Below are positions 14,443 through 27,300 of a DNA stretch of 58,546 bases, in pieces (position 1 is the first letter of the stretch; every line of letters begins with the position of its first letter). The stretch is taken from NCBI GenBank assembly GCA_013265495.1, contig MU057635.1, positions 62,001 to 120,546 of the forward strand, read 5' to 3'. This stretch comes from Vicugna vicugna. Lineage: Eukaryota. Both the position numbers and the translations under genes were made by a program. Under the pieces are notes generated by a model, which saw only the letters and a program-made list of their open reading frames with translations, did not search any database and was not told where the DNA came from.

Positions 14443-17400
14443 CTCACAGATATATTGATACCTATGTGGTTATTAATATTCAGTTGTACATACTGAGTAC
14501 ATGCCTTCTATATACATATTTGGATTCAGCAAAACTCAATACAGAATGTGAAGGAAAATTATGGTTGAATAATATCTATCACTGGGGAAATCTCAGTCTC
14601 CAAACAAAACCTGTCTAAGACTTATTAAGTAAAATTGACCTGACTTTGTCAATGCATAGTTTTGCTTTAATTGCCTTGTTTGCCATTCCCTCAAGCTACG
14701 AAACCATGAGGAATGCCATGGATGTAAAACCCTTGGGATCGACTGTTATCGAAGATTCTGGAACTTGCTGATTTGAATATTAGAATGTCGGGATGAGGTC
14801 TTGCTACAGAGGTTGGTAAGTTGTGCGATTCAGACTTACTGTTGGCACAGAAATCTTGTTTTCTTCCCATAACAACTCAACAGTCATTTCCATTCTGTTA
14901 TGACAGGAGCCTCAAAGCTTCATTTTCATACTGCACAATCATTCTATGGCAGTTTCTGAAACTGAGTAAAAAGGGAGACTGGGCTTTCCCAACTATTTGT
15001 GGTGAGAAATGACAACTTACATTAAGGGGAGAAATGAAAAATAAAACTATAATTGACACAAAAAGTGCAAAAAAATTGCCATTGAGAACTATTTACCACA
15101 GGAATAAGCTTTTGTGACTAACACAAGAGCCCTAGGGGACAGCAAACTAAAAAAAAGCCATCTATACTCAGGCTCAAAATAATGAAATGTCCAATTAAAA
15201 AAAAATTTATCCCAGGGGGATAGGAAGACAAATGATGCATTTAAAATGAATGTTGGACAATAGCTTAGCATTACTGCCAAGTGGTCATAGCCTTCCAGTT
15301 GAGATTGACTGGAAGAGAATTCCTTTCTTAAGGTAAAATTTTTAACCTGTGACTTTGCATCCATGTTTAAGCCTAAAGGAAAACATGGAGAAAATATGTG
15401 CACTGTTTCATTTGTGTGTGTTTGTGTTGTGGATTTGAACATTTTCAGCTGAGGAGATCCACAGAATTCAGGCTTAGGGCCTGATGCTTAAGAAATCAAG
15501 AGTTATTTTTCCCTTTCTCTTCAAGATGTGACTAACAGCAAAAATATCTAAAAGAAAGGAGAATTTAAGTCATGGCAGGAGAAGGCTTAGGAGGAATTTA
15601 CTGTGGGAGAAAGAGCATAGAACGTGGAGTCAGAGGCACCAATCTCAGACTCAGCCATGCCACTGATTTGGTTTATAATTGCTGGTGGTCACTTTGAGTC
15701 TCTAGAAGAGTGTCTTTCCTCATCCCCCTAATCCTGACATTGGTAGGGATGGAGTAGAGAGGTTAAGCACTCATTAATCAGCCTTGCTCTGCACATGCTG
15801 ATGCCCACAGTGGTAGCTGCCTCCCTAACACCACCCAGCTTTTAGCCACAGCCCCTGACACTTCAAGCATCTTAATATTGGTCCAAGTGAAGACATTGCC
15901 TTTGAGGATTTTGTGAATGTGGCATGAAAATACCTCTGAAGTCTCATCTAACGTCATGCCAACAAATACGCTGCATGCTCCCAATGGATCTGATGGACTT
16001 TGACAGTTCCTCCAGCCTCCATTCCATTTCCAGTTTCAGTGTCTTGGCGGCTGTGCCTTTTGCCAGAAATGTCTTCCTCCAATGTGGTAGCCGTCCACGC
16101 ATCTTCAAACTCACAAGCATGTTTCTCCCTCCTGTGAAAAATGTCTCATCACACACACAGTGCTTCCTAGCAAGCTCTTCATCCTGGCCTGCCTCTCATT
16201 ATCAGATACAACAGGTAATTCCACCATAACTTGTTGTGTTTGTTTACAAAGATTCGGTGCCTCCCAATAAATTCCACCTTCTTCATGCCACGCCCCATAC
16301 TTCAGTTCTATCACTTTCCACAGTACCTGGCAGAGTATCTGGAACAGAGGTAATGCTGGATAATTAGGGAGATCTGGGGACAGGTGATTAGCACAGAGAG
16401 AAATAGATTTAATCTTCCCTGTTCGAGTCTTACATTTTGTGACTTTGAACAATGGATGTAGAATCATTTCTATGTCCCATATAGCCCACATCTAAATGGG
16501 CATAATGATGATATTTATTTCACAAGATTACTGTGAAAGTTAAAATGCAATGACTTTAAAGCACTCAGTGTGGTTTCTGATGCATACTGAGTACTCAATA
16601 AGTATTACTAAGATAAATAATGGAGAAACCTGACAAGTTGCTTTTAAGGACATTAGCCAATATGAAAGGCTTTTTGCCATTTAAAAGTTGGGTAATGAGT
16701 TGATGAAAAGTGAGGCTGAATATGCTTGGTGCAGAGCCTGTGTTTATAAACACTCGGGGTAAGTGCAGTCCGCTTTTGAAGCACTATTATCTCAGCTGAA
16801 TAGAGACTCAAGTATTAAGTCTTTGAAGCACATTTGATGTAAGGGGAAGACTATGAATTTTCTGATCAGATTGCCTTGGGTTCAAACCCTGACTGCCCTT
16901 CCCTGGGCAAATTAATTAACTGACCTGATCTATTTCCTCGTCTGTAGGAGAAATGGCAATTCATTCTCCATAGGTGTTTGACAACTAAATAAAGACCCCA
17001 GGAAGATGTTTTACAAAAAGTAGTTTCTCAAATGTAGTAATTAGCATCATCAATTTTTTAACTCAATCTCTTCTTTGGCACTGATGTTAACACACTTTTT
17101 GGTTAGTTTGCCTTTCAGAGACTTTCCAAGCTATGAACTCCTGAGGTGCTTAAAGATCAAATACACTGGGGAACTTGAATAAAGATAAGTCATCTGGACC
17201 CATGATGTCCTCCTTTGTTGGCTGTGACTACGACAACTGCCGGTAAACAGTTGTCCTGGGAGAGGCGAACAGAATGCTTCTGTACTTATAGACAGGACTG
17301 GCTGTAAATGGAAGAGACACAGGACTCTGATGGAAGACCATTTGGAAGCCGTGAGTAAGTGTTTATCTGATGCGACATGTGTGAGGTGCTTACCTGTGAC

Positions 17401-17739
17401 AGCACGTGTCTCTCAGAATTATCGTATCAGTTTTGAGTTAGGGTGTTGTAACCAAAAAGAGAAGGACCCACGGAGCCCACAAACAACTGTTACTCTAATG
17501 TCAGATATCAAGGTAGGTGACTTAGTGGTTAAGTGCCAGGTCCCTGGAGTAAGACAACACCACTTACTAATTGTGTAATGACTAACTACTCATGAAAACT
17601 CAGTTTGGTCCTCTGTAAAATTATTTCTGTTAATCCTTAAACATACCCATGATGGATAAATAAAATAATGGGAATAAATAAACTAATGCCTATGAAACAT
17701 TGAGCTCAGTACTTGACTCAGAGTACAGTATTCAAAATG

Positions 17740-18972
17740 CTCAGATATTATTTTTATGTGTGATAACGTTCTAGTACAAATACGAGAATCATAAAACAAA
17801 TGGAAACAGAAGTTATTAAGTTTAAGGTTCGGTACAAGAGTTTTCAACTTTTTCTCACAGGAAACCCCTTTTAGTTCTCCTGGATCCGTGTTTTCAAAGA
17901 CTTTGCTCCATCACCAAACTATTCTCAGTTTGTATTGACGTTACTCAACTTAGAATAAACAGCCCACAAAACGTCAAAATAAACGTACAAATTTAAATGA
18001 GATAAATACTGAACTGATACACATTTTGCATCAAAAGCAGGTGGGAAAGATGATATTCTACTGAAGGGGAAAGAGAATACATTGAATTAATGAGAAATAT
18101 GTAATACTAGAGAGTGAGCAGCACTAGGGAGAGTAATAAAGTAGAAGGGGGTATAAGAACATCAGGGAAGTGGAGTGCACCATGGTGATCAGGGAACACC
18201 TGGAAAGGGGTAATGTGAGTGGCAACTGACCCCTGAGAAAAGGGAGGGGATTCTCTATAAAGATACAAAGGAAGGGCATTCTATCCACAGGGAAGAGTAA
18301 CTGTCAAGGGCTCTGAGTGAAACCAGTTTATTCTAGGAATCGAAAGGAGGGCAGCATTGCTACTAGGCTGGAGCAGAGTGAACCGTGAAGAAGAGAACAG
18401 GAGGGGCTGGGAGCAGAAATCTAAGGAGCTTGTACATCTCTGTAAGGATTTAGACTTTTACTCTGAATAAACTGTGAAGTCATTGGAGTGTTTGAAGAAG
18501 AAGAGTAACGTGATCTAAACAGGTGTTCTCACAGGATCACTCTGGCGGTCTTGTTGAGAGACTAAGCAGGGTAAGGACGGAAGTGGGGAGGAAATGGGAA
18601 GACCATCAGGAAGCTCTGCAGTGATGCAGATGTGAGATAACAGTAGTTCAGTGCAGGGCTGAACCACCGGAGCTGGGAAACTGGGCCAGTTTCTGGGTAT
18701 ATTTTGAAGGTAGAATCAAGAAGTCACTGATTAGTCAACTACAGAACAAAAGACAAACAAGGGTGAAAAATATCCACTGATTATCCTTAAACTGACATGA
18801 TGCCACTTACTACAGTGGAGAAGTCTGAGAGCAAAGCAGTCTAGGATGGACTACTGGAAACTCATTTTTTCCTCACCTTCCCAGTGGACATCGTGTAAGA
18901 GATGTTAAGCAAGAATTTGGATCCATGAATCTGGATTTCAGAGAAGAGGCATGGTCAAGAAGAAACAGAAAG

Positions 18973-19028
<56 letters not shown>

Positions 19029-19420
19029 CAGGGGGAGGACCTCACATGTGAACAGCACTTATAGTCATTAGACTAGATGGTCCACCAGAGTGACTGTGGA
19101 TGGAAAAGAGGAGAGATTCAAGGGTTGATTCCGGGGCATTCCAAAATTCAAAGCTAGAGGCCATAACACCAAAGCTACTGGAAAACAAGTAGCTTTAGAA
19201 GTAGAATAAAACCTGGGCAGGTCTGATGACCTGGAAACCAAGTGAAGAGAGTGTTTCTAGCAGGAAGAATGAATAAAGTACGTCAAAAACTGCTGGTAGA
19301 TCAAGTCAGATGAGAACCAAAGCACCAGCATTGAATTCAGCTGTGTGTGGTTTTGAACCCACATAGGGACCTTTAGAAGAGAAGTGGTAGCAAAGGCCTG
19401 AGAAGGACAGTCTGATAGAG
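17740..19420 (-). mobile_element. LINE-2 fragment(s)
   Basis: L2-like text: aggctggagcagagtg, gacttttactctgaa, aggatcactctggc, gggtatattttgaaggtagaa, ggaaaccaagtgaagagagtgtttc. Confidence 0.75.
18976..19027 (+). repeat. (CA)26 microsatellite
   Basis: Read directly from the sequence. Confidence 0.98.
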
Positions 19421-19550
19421 TCCTACATTTTACTCAGAAGTAGGTTTTAGTAACACTAATACTGAGTCTTGGACAAACAGTATTTTTATAAGTTCAAGAT
19501 GGCAAGCATACACATCACTGTCATATTCACTGAAAATTTTGTTTATTTAG

Positions 19551-19692
19551 CTACAAAACAACTTTGGTTGGTGGGAACTTAGTGTGACTGGAACTGTTCC
19601 TTCAATGCATGGATGCACAGACACTAGATATATTCCTGTCTATCCAGTTCAAGAACACAGCTGGAGTCTATGTGCAGGGAATCCTGAAGAAA
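19551..19692 (+). other. Candidate non-coding 5'UTR exon of OR9G1-like A (paralog at 33834-33974)
   Basis: tttatttAG|ctacaaa ... atcctgaagaaa|GTGAG boundaries are preserved in both duplication copies (142 and 141 nt). Confidence 0.4.
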
Positions 19693-19932
19693 GTGAGCAC
19701 ATTTCTGTGTCATTGGATGGAAGGCTGAGTCTCGTGGTCGTATCCTAAGATATGTAATTTTTTGACTAATTGTTATTAAGATAAAAATTCTTGATAAAAA
19801 CATTATAGTGCATTAAAAGTTTTAAATAACTTGTAAGTTTATTCTCCTATAATTCTTACATACTACATATGAATTGCTTACATCTAAAATTGACTATTTA
19901 CATACAAATAAAAATAGATTTTAAAAAAGTTT

Positions 19933-20100
19933 ATTCTGTATAGCACAGGTAACTATATTCAGTATCTTGTAATCACCTTTAATAAAAACTATGAAAATGA
20001 ATATATGTATGTCTATGCATGACTGGGGCATTATGCTGTACATCGGAAATTGACACATTGTAATTGACTGCTTCAGTACATTTTTTTTAATAAAATAAAA
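19933..20100 (+). mobile_element. L1 3' end fragment, copy A only
   Basis: ctgtatagcacaggtaactatattcagtatcttgtaatc...ggaaattgacacattgtaa; absent at the paralogous position ~34180. Confidence 0.85.
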
Positions 20101-20610
20101 TTAAACCGGCTATTTAGATTATTGTCAAATATATTTTTATTGATAGAATAAGGAAAAAATAGTTAATCCTTTGCCTTTTATAATCCCATCTTTATATATT
20201 ATTTTCCTGCATACATTTCCTCCCCCAAATTGTATATATTCAATTTTTATTCTTATAATCTGAGTATTTTCTTATGCCTATAAGTATTAATATGACAAGA
20301 ATTTATAGGGATTCAGGGTGTCACAAAAACAGGGTGTCATATATGCGGAAATGTTAAAAGAAAACTGCTTGATTTTTTACAAAACAAAATACATTAAAAA
20401 TAGGTGATGTTCAGAGTTCCAGATACAAACAAGTAACACGTTAAGCTTAGAGATCACACATTTAGCAGTAAAGTAGTCTGGCATGATGAAGAAGGCTAAA
20501 ATACAAGAAAATAGAAATTATAACGACATCCTTCATTTGAACAATCATTCCTAAGGTGGAGGGGGGGGACATTAACCAACTCCAGACTTTTGGAATTTCA
20601 TATCTAAAGT

Positions 20611-20959
20611 CATTAAACAAGTGAGCCATCAGACTGAGGTGGCTCTTATTTATATCTTGATAATGACTGCAAGCAAAATAAAACATTAAGCCAGAGTTAA
20701 GGACCTTGAATCCCAGAAAATGAAATTTAAGAAGCACCAATCTCAAAGAGCCAGCTAGGGTCTCCCAAATTTGTCAACCACTTAATCTTTAGCCAATCAA
20801 ATGATTGTTTTGCTTTGATCTGTGTCTTTTCTATAAAAATATCTCTCCTATGTTTTCTCCTGGGGTACTCAGAATTAATCTGATAGCTGCCTGATTCAAA
20901 TAGGTGTTTGTTCAAATAAACTATTGAAAGATTAATGTACCTAAATTTATCATTTAACA
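20611..20959 (+). mobile_element. Solo ERV1-class LTR (MER110/MER90-like)
   Basis: agactgaggtggctct, two ccaatc boxes, ctataaaa, ctgcctgattca, caaataaac, ...tttaaca end; paralog at 34607-34958. Confidence 0.6.
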
Positions 20960-21090
20960 ATATATATAATTGTAAAGTCTAAGTGGTTTATTACAAAATG
21001 AAAATGCTTTCTAAAATGAAAAATTACACTGTTGGATCATAGATTATTTCACATATTTTCTATGTATACAAGACAGTGATTTAAACTGAA

Positions 21091-21112
21091 TTCTCATTTT
21101 TTCTCTTCTTAG
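21091..21112 (+). other. Splice acceptor of the OR9G1-like A coding exon
   Basis: ttctcattttttctcttcttAG|gtgagattccaataaccATG. Confidence 0.7.
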
Positions 21113-21129
21113 GTGAGATTCCAATAACC

Positions 21130-22048
21130 ATGGAGAGAAGCAATGATACACTGACTGAGTTCATCCTGCTGGGCTTCACAACAGACCCTGTGATGCAGCT
21201 GGTTCTCTTTGTGGTGTTCATTGGTGTCTACTTTGTGACCCTGGTGGGAAACATGATCCTCATGGTGTTGATCTGTAATGACTCGAGGCTGCACACACCC
21301 ATGTACTTTTTCATTGGGAATCTATCTTTCCTGGATCTCTGATATTCATCTGCCTACACTCCAAAGATCCTAGTGACCTGCATCTCTGAAGACAAGAGCA
21401 TCTCCTTTGCTGGCTGTGCAGCTCAGTTCTTCTTCTCTGCTGGGCTGGTGTACAGTGAGTGTTACCTGTTGGCTGCCATGGCTTATGACCATTATGTGGC
21501 CATGTCAAAGCCACTGCTTTACTCTCAGGCCATGCCCATTAGGCTGTGTGCATTCTTGGTAGCAGCCTCATACCTTGGTGGCTTTATTAACTCTTTCGTC
21601 ATTACCAAAAGAACTTTTATCATGAACTTCTGTAATGACAACGTCATTGATGATTTTTTTTGTCATCTGCTTCCCCTGGTGAAGCTGGCTTGTGGCAGAA
21701 AGGATGGCTATCAGGCTCTGATGTACTTCCTCCTGACCTCCAATGTCATCACACCTTCTGTGCTCATACTGGCTTCCTACTTCTTCATCATCACCACCAT
21801 CTTGAAGATCCACTCCACCCAGGGTCACCTCAAAGCCTTCTCCACCTGCTCCTCCCACCTGACCTCTGTCACCTTGTACTATGGCTCCATTTTCTACATC
21901 TATAGCTCTTCCACAATCGAGCTATTCTTTGGACAGGGACAAAATATTTTCTACATTTTATACTGTGATGTTTCCCATGTTGAATCCCATGATCTATAGC
22001 CTGAGGAATAAGGATGTGAAAGAGGCTCTGAATAAACTCCTCAAATAA
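21130..22048 (+). pseudogene. OR9G1: OR9G1-like olfactory receptor pseudogene, copy A
   Basis: MERSNDTLTEFILLGFTTDP...LHTPMYFFIGNLSFLDL; TGA at 21340-21342 replaces Trp; MAYDHY; 1-bp insertion at ~21904. The corrected frame reads [14 protein letters not shown]...[24 protein letters not shown] and gives 305 aa. Confidence 0.93.
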
Positions 22049-22365
22049 ATCAAGATTCTTTCCTTTTAGGAGATCCAGAGACAATATTTGATCAGGTTAT
22101 TATATTTTAAGAAGAGCTGCCATTTTGTTCCATTAGGATCAAGAATTCTTATAATGCCAGTTAAAGAATTTGCACCCTTAGTGCATGACAATTCAAAAGA
22201 ATTAAAATGAGAAAATCAGGGCAATTTAAGAGATAAAATTTAGGTATAAAATATAAGAATTTGTTTTGAATTTCATAATACTCTAAATAAAAACAACTCT
22301 AAATAAAATCAAACCCTCCTCTCTACCTTCATAAAGTGACAGAATAGCCCTCTCTTTAGCATGAG

Positions 22366-22453
22366 AGCATTTCTGACTGACTGGTATGTATAGAATAGTA
22401 TCCAATAGTCAGCATTTCTGACTGACTGGTACATATAGAATAGTATCCAATAG
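22366..22453 (+). repeat. 45-bp-period tandem duplication
   Basis: agcatttctgactgactggta(tg/ca)tatagaatagtatccaatag occurs twice (22366-22408, 22411-22453). Confidence 0.95.
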
Positions 22454-24399
22454 AAATAAGAGAATGCTGAATTAAGTTTTAATATTTTTATATGACTATT
22501 AACTACTTAAAATCATCACTTTCCATTCCCACAACAGAACTTCTAAAGCATTTTTACATGCAAGTTTTTTCCCCAGAGGCTTTAGCACAAAAGCCCAGAG
22601 GCATCCATCAAATATCCATAAAACTATAATCAGCAAGCTTGATATCTCCAATCTACATGTCTCTTAAATATGTTCCTCAATAAGGAAAAATTGGTCAAGT
22701 TGCCATGGACACGATATTTGTGAATCACTGTATAACTCCCTGTGCTTCTCTTTTATTTTATAGGAGTGAACCTACAAGGACTTCTACTTTCAAATTGTGA
22801 CATTCATAGCATCAAGATTACAAGAATAAAATTACAATAATAAAAAATAAGTATAGTGAGGTTGAACAACTTAAGAAATAAGTCTACAAGTACACATTAC
22901 TCAGAAGAAAAATTTATAGATGGATTTTATACATGTAGTGGTCAAACAGAAGAGGAAATATGATGAGAATGCATATAATTTTGATTTTTAAAAGCAATAC
23001 AATGTTAATGTAATTTATATCAACAAAAAGTGAAGAATGCCCTTTTTCTATTTGTATAAACAGTAACAGTAGCAACAAAAACATTCATGAAAGTGAAATT
23101 TAAGCAAGTATTCCCCCAAATTGTAGGAGATCCTCTCAGAGCAGGAAAAACCAATCAGCACTGGCCATGATACATATTAATCTGAAATTAAACCCACGGT
23201 GTATAATCCCTAGTAGCTGTAACACATAGTAACCCAATAGGGACATGGCCCAATGGTGTAATTGGAAGATGCTTGGTTTAGACAATGTTTTAAAAAGAAA
23301 AGCTATTAATGCCAACTTAGATTCTCATTTTCTAAAATCCCTTTCTCTATTTCCCACTAATAATAATGAAATTCCTATAAATTATATTCTTTTTAAGTGG
23401 TTAACAGTAGAGTGACAGAAAATCAGTTATGTGATGCTGGTTAACTGAAAGTAGAAAATTCACCATTCTGGAGGGAAACATTAGTTACAAAAGGTAAAAC
23501 TGATGTAATAGACCTATTCTTGAACATCCTAGTATTACAAATTCTGATATTTAACTACAAAAAAGGATATTCAACTACTGATGAAAATTTTCTTTTCTAA
23601 AATAATTGCATTCCTTTAAGACAAATAACAAAGTTCTATTCTCAAAAATTATCAATATACCCAGATACCATAAGTTTCACTGGTTTAAGCATATAATCAT
23701 AATATTTTGTGTATTGACAAGTGATCTTAACTCCAAAATCAAGTCTAACGTTACTAAGACCCTAGTTAGAAGGTAAAGTACAGCTGATGATAATCTTAGG
23801 AAGACATGAAAATACATAGTATTAATAAAACTATATTTCACATGGCACTGAAGTTTTAGAAAATGCTTTAGAATATGTTTAAATGTGGGATCAGTAGTAA
23901 GTTTTTAAAGTGTTGTTGGCTACGTTTCATATGTAGTTTATAGTTATGAAACATTCTGAAGACTCTTCCATATTAATTTAAAATTATAGTAGAAATTCTT
24001 AAAGGAATTTTATCAAATCACAAATGAAGCTTAAAGTGCTAGAGTAGCTTCTAACTATGTCTTTCAGTATATGAGTATTAACAAATATTTTTAAGTACCT
24101 ATGTTTATGAGTGTTCTCCATGTAAATAAATGCCTCAGATTTACATGTTTTATTTTTAAAAACAAACACATGGTGATCCTTCACAGCATAGATGATGCCG
24201 GTGGGTACTTCCTACTCGTGGGACTTATGGTATCTCCGAAATTATACTATAGGGTTTTTCTATTCACATTCAGTCTTGTTTCTAGGAAAAAATAAGGAAA
24301 AAGAAGTGCAGTAACAGGGTCTATATGGCTGAAATGTACAAAACTGACTACTATCATAAATTCTACTGCCATCATAACAAAACAAATCTCTCTACCTCC

Positions 24400-27300
24400 C
24401 TTCTTGCATGGCTCTAGTCCCTTCACACTTTCTCAGCACCTCAGTTAAATGAGAATTACTGGGTAAGTTGTCCAAATTATCTTATTGTTAGAACTGGGTC
24501 TTTGAATATCTTGTTTGTATTTGTCTGTGGTACTTTTCCTTTGACAGAGAAGGCTAAGGGGATGCTAGGAAATGTGCTGCTAAATCCCCTGGGTTCCAGC
24601 CATGATACTTCTTGATCTCATTTTATAGCCTCCAATAATTTTTCTCTGGTGATTGACATCAATAGCCCTGCCCAGGAGAGTGACCCCTCAGTTCAATGCA
24701 GGAGGAGCCCAGCATGACCAGGGTACTTCTTGGATTCCAACTGGTCAGAGCACCTGACCAGGTGTTTTGCTGGGGCAGCATTCCGTCCTTGTGCACATAA
24801 ACTTCCAAATATACTGAGTGTGTGGTTATGGACAGGGAAATTATATTCCTATTGGGATATTTCATATAACAGTAAAAGAGACTGTGTTAGATGGGTTCCT
24901 TTGGAGCAGACACCAAAGTGGAATTACATATGCATGAATATTATTTGGGAAAATAACTGAATGTGTAAGAGAAAATGGAGAGGGAGCCAGAAGAAAAGAA
25001 TGAATGCCACCAACATGACAGAAGTCTGGCTGCAAGTGAAGAAGAGATGGAAAGAAGGATGGGCAAAAACATCCTGGGTCATTGCTCAGACTATAGTCAG
25101 TTCAGCAGCATCACTGGAAGGTCCTTGAGGTAAAATCAGTGATCAAGCAGGTCCACTGTCTAACACGATGTTCCTGCACTTGTATGCCTTCTGTACTCAG
25201 TCATTAGCTGGGAGGACCATGTGGGAGGCATGACCTTGATACGAATTGGGGGGATGTATATCAGAGGTCAGCAGCTAGGTCCTTTGGGCAATTACACTGT
25301 CTGTACCTGGATCTTTGGAAGGCTTATTTTCCTGGTCACTACAGGGGCCATTCCCATCTCATCTCTTGGGTTTATAAGGATAAACATTCTCAATAAGGGA
25401 AAATGAATGATACATTTGCTGCTCTTTTTAAACTTGTAGCATACTTAGCAGACACCTCCGTAACCATGACTGAACTTTCATGTGGCCACTCCATTATTGC
25501 ATCAGGGCAGTTACTTCTAAATAATGATGTAAATAGTAAAACCAATTATTCCTGCAAATTGGGGGGGGATTGTTACCATTCCTCTGCCATCCAATATATT
25601 TCTTGGTACAGGTAATGTTTGGTGGATACCATGGTCATGAAAAAGCCATTATGTAAGTCTACATCTGTTGGTGCTGGCAGGAAAAATAACTGGTAAGAAA
25701 ATGAATATGTAAAGAAGATAAGTCCCCCAATAGTGATTATTGCAAGGAGGAAATTCATTACTTCTGCAGTTCTGAATAGCAGGAAGTTGTCTAACCCAAT
25801 CACTGTGCTACCCAAATGGTTCAGCATTCTCCCAGAATGTGAAGGCATCTCAAGTGCATAGCGGTGGCCTCTGCCATTTGCATTTTGGACACCTAACAGC
25901 AGTGCTAGACAAGTTTGCCTTAGTGAGAAGACAGTGTTGTTGAGCCCATTCCAGCTGCTATGGCCACTCTGTACAACAGCCCATTGGACATGAACTGGAG
26001 TGTGTGGGGAAAGAGGCTGACTGACATTCACAGAGCATGTCACTTCAGCCACCTGATTAGTGAGAGCCTCCTATGCATGCATTTGTGACTAGAATCGAAT
26101 ACATTGTGGACATAAGGGATTTAAGACATCTTCCAGTCTATGACTTTGAAGTTTCAATAAAATATGGCAGTCTCTCAACCTCCTTTACAAACTTAGTGAT
26201 CTCAAAATGCATTCTTTATACCTCAAAGGCTGCAACTGCTTAATCCTAATGTGAGTTAGTTCCATTGTACAGTTTTGAGGGACATAAACTTGTTTTAACT
26301 CCAAGGTGAATCCCTCCATTTTATTTCCCAAGACAAAAGTTATTATTCCTATAGTCTTTCTTTAACTTGCCTACCAGTAAACCTTGTTCACTCATGATCT
26401 CCACTTTGAAGACCCTCAATCCTTTCCCTTAGACAAAGAGATGAGTTAAAGTTGATGAATTGGGACAACCAAACTTGCATCTTCAAATTTAATGAAGGCA
26501 CTGATTTTTGCACTTCTCCCCAAGGATGCAATACTGCATTTTGCTTACCGTTGTGGCAGAGGATGCCTAAGGGGAGCAATTACAAGGGCTTCTTCTAGAA
26601 CATTCCAACAATAATAACCCTAATTCCAAGTGCCAGGGACAGGGAACTAAAATGAGGATGCTGTTTTATTCTGTGACATCCATACCCAATATGATGTCTG
26701 GGTCTGGGTAAATAATGATCACCTGTAAGTCTGGTCCCATTGCACCTACTGAGAGATGAACACCAGCCAAAAGTACCTTTCAAGTTACTTCCACTAGTCC
26801 CACCGGCAAGTGTGCAACTCTGGTGTTTTTCCATCTCTGGAGATTACTATCAGTTCAGAGTCAGTATCAGCTAAGCTACAGAAGAAGGTCTGGGTACTTC
26901 CATTTTCCCAAAATAGGATTACCTTTATGTATGGCTGCAAGCCATTCACAAGAATGCTTGAAGGAACACACTGTATTGAAGGCTGAGTATCAGGGTCCCT
27001 CCTAAAAGGAACGTGGACTCACCATCAGTCTATGGTTTCCATGGCTATAAACTAGCTTAGGCCAGAGAATTACAGAAGAGGCTGTATTTCCCTACTAGAA
27101 CATCTTAAGCTAGTTTCTGCACAAGTAAAAATGAAATGTGTTTTTTTTTTTACATAAAAATATCACCTTAGTTTGTTTCGCATCTACTGCATTCTTCAGG
27201 AAGCACCAAGTCCAAGAGACATTTCCACAAATGTCTGAACAATAAAATACTTGGTTACTATCTAGAGTTTGTGGTATGTTGGGTGATTGCTCCCATCCAG

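Noticed and set aside
22366..22453. Direct repeats considered as a CRISPR-like array
   Set aside because: Only two adjacent units, no spacers, no cas genes, and the DNA is mammalian.
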